DNA of 64,000 nucleotides from Bacteroidales bacterium (GTDB lineage Bacteria; Bacteroidota; Bacteroidia; Bacteroidales; VadinHA17): the NCBI GenBank assembly GCA_041740815.1, contig JBGSLG010000192.1, forward strand, positions 382-64,381, read 5' to 3'. The position numbers were made by a program, and so were the translations under genes. Below the pieces are notes generated by a model. That model was not told where the DNA came from, did no database searches, and saw only the letters and a list, made by a program, of their open reading frames with translations. Positions 27,393 to 36,706 of this stretch are shown here, in pieces; the first letter of the stretch is position 1; each line of letters opens with the position of its first letter.

Positions 27393-29342
27393 TTATTGCA
27401 TTGACCATGTAAAAACTTTGGGACGGGTCATTGTCTCGGCGTACACATTACCGGAACGGTCAGTAACATTTACCGTCAGAGTAGAAGTCGCTGATGATGC
27501 CCTTGCCTTAAACATGTGTGAGGTGTTACCCGTTACAAAGGAGCTTGTTGGCACGGCGCCCACGTTTAGCCGTTTGGCCTCGTAGGAGATGATATGCAGC
27601 GGGTCCTTAGCCGTCACGCGTTCCACGGGCAGTACCGTACTACCCTCTTTGACCTCGATGGTCCAGCCCGGGCCATATCCCCAGACATTGATCAGAACAT
27701 CATTAACCGGGTTGGGTGAGGCATAGACGCCTGCATATTCAGCCAGCGCCGCGTCGGTAGAGTTAGGGGCGAAGGCAGCTGCCGTGATGTGCACGGTGTT
27801 GAGGTCATAAGTCCTGAACTGGTAGTTCTTCGGATAGCCAGTGCTCTTGTAATACCACTTTATGTCGCGGCCGTTTATCTCCCAGACACCGTAACCGCCC
27901 GGACTGCCGTCCTTGCAGATATGGTTGTTGGCATACCCTGTCTTGCCGGTCCACCACCAGGTAGCAGAGACCGCTGCTGTGTTGTGTTCAGTAACTGCTC
28001 CCGACTCAACGGTATAGTTAATATGGGTGTGTCCGGTAATTACATGAACCTCTTCAAATCCGGCCACAAGGGTGAGGAGGGTGCTGCCGTTATTCAATAC
28101 GATACTGCTTACCTGCTGACCGGTGCCGTCAAGCGAAGGATTTCCGTAGAGAGTGGTATGCATCAGTATGACCAGTGGCCTGCTCTTGTCGGTAATTGCA
28201 GTCAGGTCTTTTGCCAGCCAGGAGGTCTGGGAAGATACTATTACGTCGTTGTAATTGCGATCACCGATGGTCCCCTGTGATCCGCCGGAGTTGATGTATT
28301 CAACGTTGTCAAGAACCACGTAATGAACTTCGCCGAGATTGAATGAGTACCATGTCGGCCCGATCAAATCCCTGAACGGTTGTTCTGCAGCGATGTCCCC
28401 AGCTACGTAAGGATCATTATCGTGATTCCCTATCACATTGAACATATTACAGTTGATCTTTTTCATTTCTGTCAGGTAATTCTCAAGGCGGAAGTTGTTC
28501 TCATACCAGTAGGCGTCCCATGTCATGTCGCCAAGAGGTATTCCGTAAACTTTGGTGCCTGATACGGCGAAGGAGCTGATTGTGGCATTGACGTCGGGCA
28601 GGAACCCGTTGCTGAACTGCGCCAGGTCATCATTGCGGTTGGCAAGATGCCAGTCAGCCATAGGCAGAATCACATGCTTGCTATTGTCTGCCGCTACAAG
28701 CGAAAAATCGTGTTGCTCTACGGTAGTGCCACCTGCCAGCCGTTTGAAGAACTGCGGGATATTATCGCTGGCAGCAATCTCATAGTTGCCTGGCAGGGAG
28801 ATGAATACGAACTTGTTCAGTTTGGCCGACGGGAGGTAATATATGCCTTCGCTGTCGGTGACTGTTACCTCCGCACCGTCAGAGACCACCACACCTGGCA
28901 ATCCCTCACCGTCACAATAGACTCTCCCTTTGATTGTCATTCCCGGTTTATCAGGTATGCCGGTATTGACAACTACGTTAACCGTCAGGGTGCCCAGCAG
29001 TAAGCTCTCTGTGCCCCTGATGACCGTAAGCCTGTAGGTGCCTGACGGTATGCCGGCCGGCAGAATGAGCGATGCATTCTGAGCGGTGACGGCCGTTACA
29101 GTGCTGCTGTAGACTCTTCCGGGATCGGAGGTAAGCACAAACTCTATCCTGTCATTAACTGCGAATCCCTTGCCTGTTAGAATTATCTCACCACCTACAG
29201 GTACATTGATGCTTGACGGTATGGAGATGCCCGTTATCTGCAGTCCCTCATCCGGAGGAGCAGGCGGATCTTCCTTGCAACCTGAGCAGGCGGTAATCAC
29301 TGCCGCCAACAGTATGAACAGTATATTTTTGATATCTGGCAT
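27393..29342 (-). CDS. Surface lipoprotein: IPT/TIG-like and carboxypeptidase-regulatory-like domains plus a calcineurin-type metallophosphoesterase
   Basis: Lipobox ITACSGC at the internal start MPDIKNILF (29342). The track start at 29432 would overlap the GDPD gene. Metallophosphatase motifs are MADWH, GDMTWD, IGNHDND, ILMHT and TGHTH. The N-terminal segments are ITGISIPSSINVPVGGEIILTGKGF and IKGRVYCDGEGLPGVVVSDGAEV. Confidence 0.8.
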   Translation of the reverse strand: MPDIKNILFILLAAVITACSGCKEDPPAPPDEGLQITGISIPSSINVPVGGEIILTGKGFAVNDRIEFVLTSDPGRVYSSTVTAVTAQNASLILPAGIPSGTYRLTVIRGTESLLLGTLTVNVVVNTGIPDKPGMTIKGRVYCDGEGLPGVVVSDGAEVTVTDSEGIYYLPSAKLNKFVFISLPGNYEIAASDNIPQFFKRLAGGTTVEQHDFSLVAADNSKHVILPMADWHLANRNDDLAQFSNGFLPDVNATISSFAVSGTKVYGIPLGDMTWDAYWYENNFRLENYLTEMKKINCNMFNVIGNHDNDPYVAGDIAAEQPFRDLIGPTWYSFNLGEVHYVVLDNVEYINSGGSQGTIGDRNYNDVIVSSQTSWLAKDLTAITDKSRPLVILMHTTLYGNPSLDGTGQQVSSIVLNNGSTLLTLVAGFEEVHVITGHTHINYTVESGAVTEHNTAAVSATWWWTGKTGYANNHICKDGSPGGYGVWEINGRDIKWYYKSTGYPKNYQFRTYDLNTVHITAAAFAPNSTDAALAEYAGVYASPNPVNDVLINVWGYGPGWTIEVKEGSTVLPVERVTAKDPLHIISYEAKRLNVGAVPTSSFVTGNTSHMFKARASSATSTLTVNVTDRSGNVYAETMTRPKVFTWSMQ

Positions 29343-29355
29343 GCATTCTGTTTTA

Positions 29356-30543
29356 TTACTGGTTATATCCAAGGTCTGCAAGTATCTCTTGCGGCGTCTT
29401 TGTTGTTCCCAGCCTGCGAACCTTGCGCTCATGGTAGAAATTGATTGTCAGGTCGGTGCGGTTGGTGATCATTCCGTCTGCCAGCGGAGCAGCTTTTCTG
29501 CCTGTCTCCGGTCCGAAATACTTATCCATCTGCTCAACCGTGTTGATGGAGTAGATGTTTGCCTTCAATCCTGCCGCATGAACCTTCTCTGCGAAAGCAG
29601 GGGAGAGGCCGTCATTCTCATCACCCAGGTTTGTACCGATGAACTGTGCGCCGCACTCCTTCGCGAAAGCGATGATCTCATCAGTCACCTCGTCTTTGGC
29701 GAACTCGTTGGTCTTCGGGTTGCCGATGAGGAAACTGGCAAGCACCTTCTCTCCAAAAACCCTTTTGAAATTCATCATCCCCGGGCGCGAGAATGTCTGG
29801 ACAAGTATTTTGCCCCTGGTGTTTCCAACGTTGACTTTGTCCTCCTTAAAAAAGGGCTCTTCAGCACTTATCTCATCACCCTCCAGCGGGTTCCACCCGA
29901 ACCTTGTCAGCTCATCATATACCTGTTCCTCCAAACCGGGGTAGACATCCGGAATCTTTGCTTCGATATAAATCCCGGGCCTGTTGCCGTTGTCCGACGG
30001 ATCAGCTTCATATTCAAAGTGCAGGACGCCCGTCTCATCTCTCGTGAACACACGGTTACCGTTCGCATCACGTTTTATTCTTTTGCCTTCGGCGATGCGG
30101 AATACATCTTCAAATACCAGCACGTTCAGGCCTGCGAAGCTCAGCCGTGCCTGTTCAGGATTCTTATTGTTAAAGGCGCTGCCGGCATCGAGCTGCATTA
30201 TCTCTTCCCAGGTGAAGCTGCTGATGGGATCAGCTTCTCTTCCGGGGAACTTCTCTGCCACGTCGGTTGTGCGTTTGAAGGTCTTGTCGTGCATGATGAT
30301 CAGCACGCTGTCTTTTGACCTGTGCACGTCGAGCTCCATATAGTCAGCTCCCGTGTTCCGTGCCCAGCGAAAGGCTGCCTCGGTAAGCTCCGGAGCCCAG
30401 TAGATGGTTCCGCGGTGGGCTATCACAGCGTTGTCAGGCATATAATCCTGCACTTTTCCCGTTGCGGGTGCATCCTTTGACGCGCATCCTGCCAGCAGGG
30501 CTGCCAGCAACGCGGTATAAACAACTGCTCTCTTCATCATCAT
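29356..30543 (-). CDS. Glycerophosphodiester phosphodiesterase (GDPD family) lipoprotein
   Basis: Lipobox LLAGCAS. GDPD motifs are VIAHRGTIYWAPELT, YMELDVHRSKDSVLIIMHD and IYIEAK. Confidence 0.85.
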   Translation of the reverse strand: MMMKRAVVYTALLAALLAGCASKDAPATGKVQDYMPDNAVIAHRGTIYWAPELTEAAFRWARNTGADYMELDVHRSKDSVLIIMHDKTFKRTTDVAEKFPGREADPISSFTWEEIMQLDAGSAFNNKNPEQARLSFAGLNVLVFEDVFRIAEGKRIKRDANGNRVFTRDETGVLHFEYEADPSDNGNRPGIYIEAKIPDVYPGLEEQVYDELTRFGWNPLEGDEISAEEPFFKEDKVNVGNTRGKILVQTFSRPGMMNFKRVFGEKVLASFLIGNPKTNEFAKDEVTDEIIAFAKECGAQFIGTNLGDENDGLSPAFAEKVHAAGLKANIYSINTVEQMDKYFGPETGRKAAPLADGMITNRTDLTINFYHERKVRRLGTTKTPQEILADLGYNQ

Positions 30544-30546
30544 GTA

Positions 30547-31476
30547 TCATTTGGGGTTAGCTCTGTTCTGTCTTATTTTCCAATCCTCTGTGTGAAACTT
30601 CACCTTCGGGTCCCTGACATCATCGCATTTTACTATCAGTGCGCCCTCTTTCTCCCAGTAGGATTTAACCGTTTGTCCGGCCATAGGGCCGTCTTCCGGG
30701 CCGCGCACCGTCACATCATCAGGATTGACCACAATCTTCAGGCCGGCTGACTCATTGATCATATCCATGTCGCCACGGCTGTTACCGCCCACTATCAGCG
30801 GGGTTGTCTTTATAAATGTCTCTATCGTATGCGCCTTGCCGTCGTCCTGCGGGATGGGAGGAATTATCTCACCCGTTGTGACGCCGTCCCTGATAACACA
30901 TTTGGCGCCCACAATGTTGACATTTGAGATGCCGAACTCTTCTGCAACAAACTTCTGGTATAGTATCTCAGGCGAAGCGGTCAGTATGTACACTTCGAAG
31001 CCGTATTCCTTCAGGTTGGCAATCAGCTGCTTCATCTCGGGATAAAACTTACCCTGGTATGATTCGCGATAGCAGTCATAACCGATGGTCTCTATCTCTT
31101 CCGGTGTCAGACCGGCGAGGAAATGAACCCGGTCCTCAACATAAGCCTTGCCAACATTGTCGCCATTCTTTACCATCCGGTCGAGGATTTTCAGTTTTTC
31201 CCTGGCATCCTTGTCATTCCTCTCTTTCAGCACATTATCAGCATAGCGATAGAGGGCTTCATCAGCCAGGTAATATGGCACCTGACCGAAGGTGGTGCCG
31301 TCGCAGTCAAACACTGCAACCTTGCGCACTGTCATGGGGATGGTTCCGTTGAGGAATCCTTCAATCTGGTCATTGATCTCTTCAGACCATCCGTAAATCT
31401 GACGGTAGGTCTGGGCATCAAGTGTCGCCGTGAGGCCAATGATCAGAAACAGTGCTGTTGAGATGAGTCTCTTCAT
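30547..31476 (-). CDS. Exported HAD-superfamily phosphatase
   Basis: Signal peptide MKRLISTALFLIIGLTATLDAQ. HAD motif I is VAVFDCDGT (DxDxT), motif II ILTAS and motif IV GGNSRGDMDM. Confidence 0.7.
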   Translation of the reverse strand: MKRLISTALFLIIGLTATLDAQTYRQIYGWSEEINDQIEGFLNGTIPMTVRKVAVFDCDGTTFGQVPYYLADEALYRYADNVLKERNDKDAREKLKILDRMVKNGDNVGKAYVEDRVHFLAGLTPEEIETIGYDCYRESYQGKFYPEMKQLIANLKEYGFEVYILTASPEILYQKFVAEEFGISNVNIVGAKCVIRDGVTTGEIIPPIPQDDGKAHTIETFIKTTPLIVGGNSRGDMDMINESAGLKIVVNPDDVTVRGPEDGPMAGQTVKSYWEKEGALIVKCDDVRDPKVKFHTEDWKIRQNRANPK

Positions 31477-31488
31477 ATTTTTCAGTTA

Positions 31489-32940
31489 TTATCCGAGGTA
31501 TGTTGCTTTTTCTTTTTTCCATGTGGTTGCCGAGAAGACAGCTGCAAGAATGCTTGCTACGATCATTATCCAGAAGGTTGCATTCCAGCCGAGGGTTACA
31601 TTATCTGCCACAGCTCCGATGAGCACCTTTGAGAGCAGGGCATCGCCTATAAGGTATCCGAAGAGACCAACGAAGCCGGCTGCGGTGCCTGCGGCATTTT
31701 TCGGCACCAGGTTGATTGCCTGAACACCTATGAGTGCCACCGGACCGTAGATAAAGAAGCCGATGGCTATCAGGGCGGAGTAGACCACGGTGACCCTTGT
31801 AGAGTCAGGATCTGTTGAAAATACCTCTGAGAGAAAGGATGCTACCGGAGCTGCCTGCCAGTAGAGGATGACGCTCAGCAGCACAAGAAGCATAAAGATC
31901 ACGTTTGCCGGTGCACATCTGCCCTTGAAGACTTTTGATGAGATCCATCCGATCAGTATCATACCGGGGACGCCCGCATAGTTATGCAGTGAGAATGCCA
32001 TCTTACCCTGTTCGCTTGTCAGCAGACCGGCCTCCTCAGTATAGGTAGGAGCCCAGTCGGCGATGCCGTATCGTATGAGATAGACAAATACATTTGCCAG
32101 GGCTATCAGCCAGAGAATCCTGTTTTTGAAAATATACTTTACAAATAGTTCCTTAACAGGGATCTTTTTGTCTGAACTCATCTCTTTCTGTGCCGGGATA
32201 TCATTCCTGTATTTGTCTATTGAAGGCAGTCCGCACGACTGAGGAGTATCCCTGAGGGCCCACCAGCAGAAGAGGGCAATGATGAGCGCCACTGCGCTGG
32301 GCAGGACAAATACGGCTCTCCAGCTCTGTTCAACCATAACACCGCCGCCAATGTCAGCAATAAAAAAGCCACCGATAAGCAGTGTGCCCCACGCAGCCAG
32401 GTTGCCCATCAGTCCGCTGCCCACGGTGTGCGATGTGTTCCATACTCCCATCTTAAAGCTTCTCTCCTTATGCGAGAACCAGTGCACCATAACCCTTCCG
32501 CATGGAGGCCATCCCATACCTGCAAGCCAGCCTATTACAAGCATGAAGGCGAAGATGATGCCTACCGAGCTGGTAGCAAAGGGAAAAAGTCCGACGCACA
32601 TCATCAGTGAAGCTGACAGCACAAGCCCTATCACCAGAAACTTCCTTGCATCGGACCTGTCAGAGAGGGCTCCCATGAGGAACTTGCTGAAGGCGTAGGC
32701 GATTGAGATGGCAGACAGGGCGATGCCGAGCTGCAGCTTGGTGTATCCCAGCCCGCCGTTCTCCAGAGGCTGTATCATCCCGGGGATGGCAAGGGCGAGG
32801 TTCTTCCTGACAAGATAATAGGCTGCATATCCCAGAAATGCGCCGAGGAAGACCTGCAGGCGGAGTTTTTTGTAGGCAGCATCAACCTTCTCTTCCGGAA
32901 GGGGCTCTTTGTAGGGTGGCGGTTTCAGAAAGTTAATCAT
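31489..32940 (-). CDS. glpT: Glycerol-3-phosphate/phosphate antiporter (MFS, organophosphate:Pi antiporter family)
   Basis: It aligns by eye over long stretches with E. coli GlpT: FLGYAAYYLVRKN, ISIAYAFSKFLMGALSDRS, GMGWPPCGRVMVHWFS and LRDTPQSCGLPSI. Confidence 0.9.
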   Translation of the reverse strand: MINFLKPPPYKEPLPEEKVDAAYKKLRLQVFLGAFLGYAAYYLVRKNLALAIPGMIQPLENGGLGYTKLQLGIALSAISIAYAFSKFLMGALSDRSDARKFLVIGLVLSASLMMCVGLFPFATSSVGIIFAFMLVIGWLAGMGWPPCGRVMVHWFSHKERSFKMGVWNTSHTVGSGLMGNLAAWGTLLIGGFFIADIGGGVMVEQSWRAVFVLPSAVALIIALFCWWALRDTPQSCGLPSIDKYRNDIPAQKEMSSDKKIPVKELFVKYIFKNRILWLIALANVFVYLIRYGIADWAPTYTEEAGLLTSEQGKMAFSLHNYAGVPGMILIGWISSKVFKGRCAPANVIFMLLVLLSVILYWQAAPVASFLSEVFSTDPDSTRVTVVYSALIAIGFFIYGPVALIGVQAINLVPKNAAGTAAGFVGLFGYLIGDALLSKVLIGAVADNVTLGWNATFWIMIVASILAAVFSATTWKKEKATYLG

Positions 32941-33054
32941 AGGGTCACAGGTTGGGTTATTGGCTTTTCATGATTCCGGGGCCAAATATTATCATTCTTT
33001 GTTTTCTTCAGTTCTTTTAGTGATTAAGATAATGTTAAATCTTGCTACCACCGG

Positions 33055-34821
33055 TTATTCCATGTGATTGTCCCATGGCCAGGGCTTGACCTTCAGCCTG
33101 ACTGCCTCCTCCTCCCATTTTGCAGCCATCTTCTTCACCCTGTCAGGATACCTGGCTGCCAGGTTTTCGGTCTCCGAGGGGTCGCGTTCCAGGTCGTACA
33201 ACTCCCAGGCATTCTCATCCTCAGGATTGAATTTCATCTGTTCGCCGACCTTTGACACGAGCTTCCAGTTGTCTATCCTGATGGCCCTGTTACCTTCATG
33301 TTCCCATAAGAGGAACTCGCGGTCGAGCTTCTTTCCTGCAAAGGCGGGGAGCAGGCTGATTCCCTCAGGTGGTGTTGCCGCGTTGCCGTTGAACTCTTCA
33401 GGATAACTCACTCCTGCAAGCTCGAGGCATGTTGGCATGATGTCAATGAGGTGACCCGTCTGGGTGTTGATGACGCCTTTCTGCCGTAAGCCGGCCGGCC
33501 AGTGTACGATAAGGGGGGTGGTGATTCCTCCTTCATGGACCCACGACTTATAGAGCCTGAAAGGTGTGTTGCTTACGTTGGCCCAGTCTTCGCCATAGGC
33601 AACCCATGTGTCGGCGGGACCAGCCATGACACCCCTGCCGCTCCGGATGAACCGTCCGTCACGGGTGTATTCAGGTTTCCTGACAGTAAGGATCTGGTCG
33701 TATGAATAGGGTTTAAGCACCTTCTGCTCTTCGGTCAGCGGCTCTGTCATTCTGTTGGTGAGTACCGGCTCGGCGCAACCGCCGTTATCCTGCATATATA
33801 ATATAATGGTGTTATCAAGTTCTCCACTCTCATCCAGTGCGGCTATTATCCGTCCTATGCCCTGGTCCATCACGTCGATCATTGCGGCGTAGGTCTCCAT
33901 GCGGCGCGACTGCCACTCTTTCATCGGCTCATCTTCCCAGGCCTCTATAGTTTCCGGCCTCTGAGTGAGCCTGTGGTTCTCAGTCACCACACCCAGCTCT
34001 TTCTGCCTGTTGAACCGGAGCACCCTGAGTGAGTCCCAGCCAATGTCATATACTCCCCTGTATTTGGCTATTTCATCTTCAGGGGCATGAAGGGGCCAGT
34101 GGGCTGCATAGTATGCCACGTAACAGAAGAAGGGCTTGTCCTCATCACGTTCCCTGATATATTTCACCACGGTGTCGCTGATGGCGTCAGTGTAATAGAA
34201 GTTTTCACCCGGGGCTATGAAGTCATTGTTGCTTAACAGTGAAAAGGGATCCCAGTAGCTGGCTGAGCCGCTGAGGTTCCCGAAAAAACGTTCAAACCCA
34301 CGCTGCAAGGGCCAGTTGCTGGTGTCAACAGTAGTCTGGTCCGGGAGATTTGATGCATTCATCCCGTACAGGTGCCATTTGCCTGCCATCCAGGTCGAGT
34401 AACCGGCATCTTTCAGCAGTTCAGCAATTGTGGCGCTGTTATGGTTAAGATCATCAAGATAACCGGCTTCATCCCACAACGGCCTTGTTGCCAGGTGTCC
34501 CATTGCAGCCTGGTGGGGGTAAAGCCCGGTCAGGAGTGAGGCACGGCTGGGACTGCACCGCGCGGTGTTGTAGAAGTGTGTGAAGCGTATGCCGTTACCG
34601 GCCAGCCTGTCAAGATTGGGTGTCTTGATTTCAGAACCGTATGAGCCGATATCTGAATATCCTATGTCGTCTGCAAGAATTACAATAATGTTTGGCTTTT
34701 TCTCAGGAACCTCCGTCTGCCGTGGACTGCATGATGCCAGCAGGAATGCGCTAATGACCGAAGCAATGAGGCTTACTGTGCCGGCAGGCATTGCGAAGCT
34801 ATTGTTGCGTGATGTTTCCAT
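33055..34821 (-). CDS. Formylglycine-dependent sulfatase (arylsulfatase family) lipoprotein
   Basis: Lipobox LLASCSP. It has NIIVILADDIGYSD, the sulfatase signature CSPSRASLLTG and GKWH. Confidence 0.9.
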   Translation of the reverse strand: METSRNNSFAMPAGTVSLIASVISAFLLASCSPRQTEVPEKKPNIIVILADDIGYSDIGSYGSEIKTPNLDRLAGNGIRFTHFYNTARCSPSRASLLTGLYPHQAAMGHLATRPLWDEAGYLDDLNHNSATIAELLKDAGYSTWMAGKWHLYGMNASNLPDQTTVDTSNWPLQRGFERFFGNLSGSASYWDPFSLLSNNDFIAPGENFYYTDAISDTVVKYIRERDEDKPFFCYVAYYAAHWPLHAPEDEIAKYRGVYDIGWDSLRVLRFNRQKELGVVTENHRLTQRPETIEAWEDEPMKEWQSRRMETYAAMIDVMDQGIGRIIAALDESGELDNTIILYMQDNGGCAEPVLTNRMTEPLTEEQKVLKPYSYDQILTVRKPEYTRDGRFIRSGRGVMAGPADTWVAYGEDWANVSNTPFRLYKSWVHEGGITTPLIVHWPAGLRQKGVINTQTGHLIDIMPTCLELAGVSYPEEFNGNAATPPEGISLLPAFAGKKLDREFLLWEHEGNRAIRIDNWKLVSKVGEQMKFNPEDENAWELYDLERDPSETENLAARYPDRVKKMAAKWEEEAVRLKVKPWPWDNHME

Positions 34822-34930
34822 ATTCGATATTACTGATTGGCTCTTCTGTTGATCATTGTCATTTCATTTCCTGCGAACGGGCTGGATGGTTGTGTCATTT
34901 CACGGACCTCAGTCACCTTCGTCCACTACT

Positions 34931-36502
34931 TCATGCCATCACATAGGCACTGGCCATCTCCGTGTACTCCTTAACCTGATCCTGCTCCCATTTCTTGTCT
35001 CTGCCCAGTTCGGATGCGAGGACGGATGCGACTCTCGGAGCCAGGGCTATTGATGCTCTCGCATCAAGATAAAGGACGCGCACCCTGCGTGCAAGAACAT
35101 CATCAACGGTTCTTGCCATCTCTCTTCGCACTGCCCAGACCACTTCACCGACGGTAAAGTCAGTGGTTTGGTCAAGCTTCTCGGCGTAGTACGGATTCTC
35201 GCTCTGCATCTTAAGTATCGCTGCCTGGTCGCTGCCGTAAATATACATCCTGTCGTTCCTGTCAGGGTTCTCGAAGTAACCGTGTATCTTCAGTTTTGCG
35301 GTACGGCATTCCTTTACCGGCAGTTTTTTTGTCCTGACAGCAGTATTGACGGTATCCTCAGCCATCTTTCTGTAGGTGGTCCATTTGCCACCTGTGATGG
35401 TTACCAGGCCTGAGGGGGAGACAAGCATCTTGTGACTCCGTGAGATCTCTTTGGTTTTGTCACTGTCACTGCCGTTCTTTGGCGCCGCAAGGGGCCTCAG
35501 GCCTGCAAAGACGCAAAGCACATCACTGCGCTGCGGTTTCTTCTCCAGGAAGCGGCCTGCGGTCTCCAGTATGAAATCGACCTCCTCTTCCAGTGCTTTG
35601 GGTTCCAGGACAAACTCTTTGACGGGTATGTCGGTCGTTCCCAGTATGACGCGGTTGTGCCACGGTACCCCGAACATTACCCTGCCGTCACTTGTCTTGG
35701 GGATCATGATTGCATCGTCGCCCCCGAGGAAGCTTTTATCTACCACAAGGTGTACTCCCTGGCTGGGCCTGACGAGCGGTTTCTCGGACGGATTATCCAT
35801 CCTTATTATATTGTCGACGAAGATGCCTGTGGCATTGATGATGCATTTTCCTTCCGCCGTGAAGTTCACCCCGTCGAGTTCATCCCTGACCATGACGCCC
35901 GATATCTGGCCGTCTGAGCTCTTGAGCAGCTGTGTTACCTTTACATAGTTTACAACCGCGGCTCCCTGTTCGATGGCTGTCTGCATCAGGTTGACAGCCA
36001 GCCGTGAGTCGTCAAACTGTCCGTCGTGGTAGACCACACCGCCCCTCAGGTTTTCGCGGACAATGCGGGGTATTGACTTTATCACGGCGGCCCTGCTCAT
36101 TGGCAGCGAGCGCCCGAGGCTCATCCCTCCGGAGAGAAGATCGTAGAAGGTAAGGCCGATTGTATAGAAGGGCTTCTCCCACCACCTGTAGTTGCCGATA
36201 ATGAATCGCTGGTTCTTCACCAGGTGCGGTGCATTCTTTTGAAGGTAGCCTCGCTCACGCAGCGCCTCGCGCACCAGTGCCACATCGCCCTTCTGCAGGT
36301 ATCGCACCCCGCCGTGGACCAGTTTTGTGCTGCGCGATGAGGTGGCCTTGGCAAAATCCGACTGTTCAAGCAGTAGCGTGCTGTAACCCCTTGATGCGGA
36401 ATCAACGGCAATGCCCAGTCCGGTAGCGCCACCACCTATAATAATGAAGTCCCACTTCTGATTTGAGTCCTTCAGCCCGCGCAAAAAATCTTCTCTTTCC
36501 AA
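34931..36502 (-). CDS. glpD: FAD-dependent glycerol-3-phosphate dehydrogenase
   Basis: FAD-binding FIIIGGGATGLGIAVD. TSSRSTKLVHGGVRYL matches E. coli GlpD (TSSASSKLIHGGLRYL). 523 aa. Confidence 0.9.
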   Translation of the reverse strand: MEREDFLRGLKDSNQKWDFIIIGGGATGLGIAVDSASRGYSTLLLEQSDFAKATSSRSTKLVHGGVRYLQKGDVALVREALRERGYLQKNAPHLVKNQRFIIGNYRWWEKPFYTIGLTFYDLLSGGMSLGRSLPMSRAAVIKSIPRIVRENLRGGVVYHDGQFDDSRLAVNLMQTAIEQGAAVVNYVKVTQLLKSSDGQISGVMVRDELDGVNFTAEGKCIINATGIFVDNIIRMDNPSEKPLVRPSQGVHLVVDKSFLGGDDAIMIPKTSDGRVMFGVPWHNRVILGTTDIPVKEFVLEPKALEEEVDFILETAGRFLEKKPQRSDVLCVFAGLRPLAAPKNGSDSDKTKEISRSHKMLVSPSGLVTITGGKWTTYRKMAEDTVNTAVRTKKLPVKECRTAKLKIHGYFENPDRNDRMYIYGSDQAAILKMQSENPYYAEKLDQTTDFTVGEVVWAVRREMARTVDDVLARRVRVLYLDARASIALAPRVASVLASELGRDKKWEQDQVKEYTEMASAYVMA

Positions 36503-36706
36503 TGTAGTAAAGCCTTAAATATGATTTTTGTCAGAAAACAGAGTAAAAATATTACAACCTTTTTTGATATCAAAACAAAAAAGAAAGAAAATGTAACAAA
36601 ACGCAAGATTTTTATCTTTTTTAAGGATTCCGATTGCTTGCCAGGAATTACAATTATTGTTATCTTTGGTTAGTCATCAATAAATCCGGCTTGCGGTAAG
36701 GGAATC

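Noticed and set aside
29343-29432. Longer N-termini offered by the ORF track: 27393-29432, 20137-21078, 13400-14314 and 51241-52362
   Set aside because: The extensions overlap the upstream gene or precede an internal Met that starts a canonical signal peptide, lipobox or Tat motif. The paralogue at 52437 also supports the shorter 51253 start.
29170-30318. 382-aa plus-strand ORF antisense to the GDPD gene and to the 5' end of the metallophosphoesterase gene
   Set aside because: It lies entirely inside well-supported minus-strand genes with clear catalytic motifs. Its translation is low-complexity and Cys/Leu/Ser-rich, with no motif, signal or plausible start context. This is the typical stop-poor antisense frame of a codon-biased gene.
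36503-36706. Repeated CA(A/G)AAAC(A/G) strings in the glpD/regulator intergenic region, considered as GlpR operators
   Set aside because: The region is A-rich, so such short degenerate repeats are expected by chance. No palindrome or regularly spaced direct repeat could be defined.
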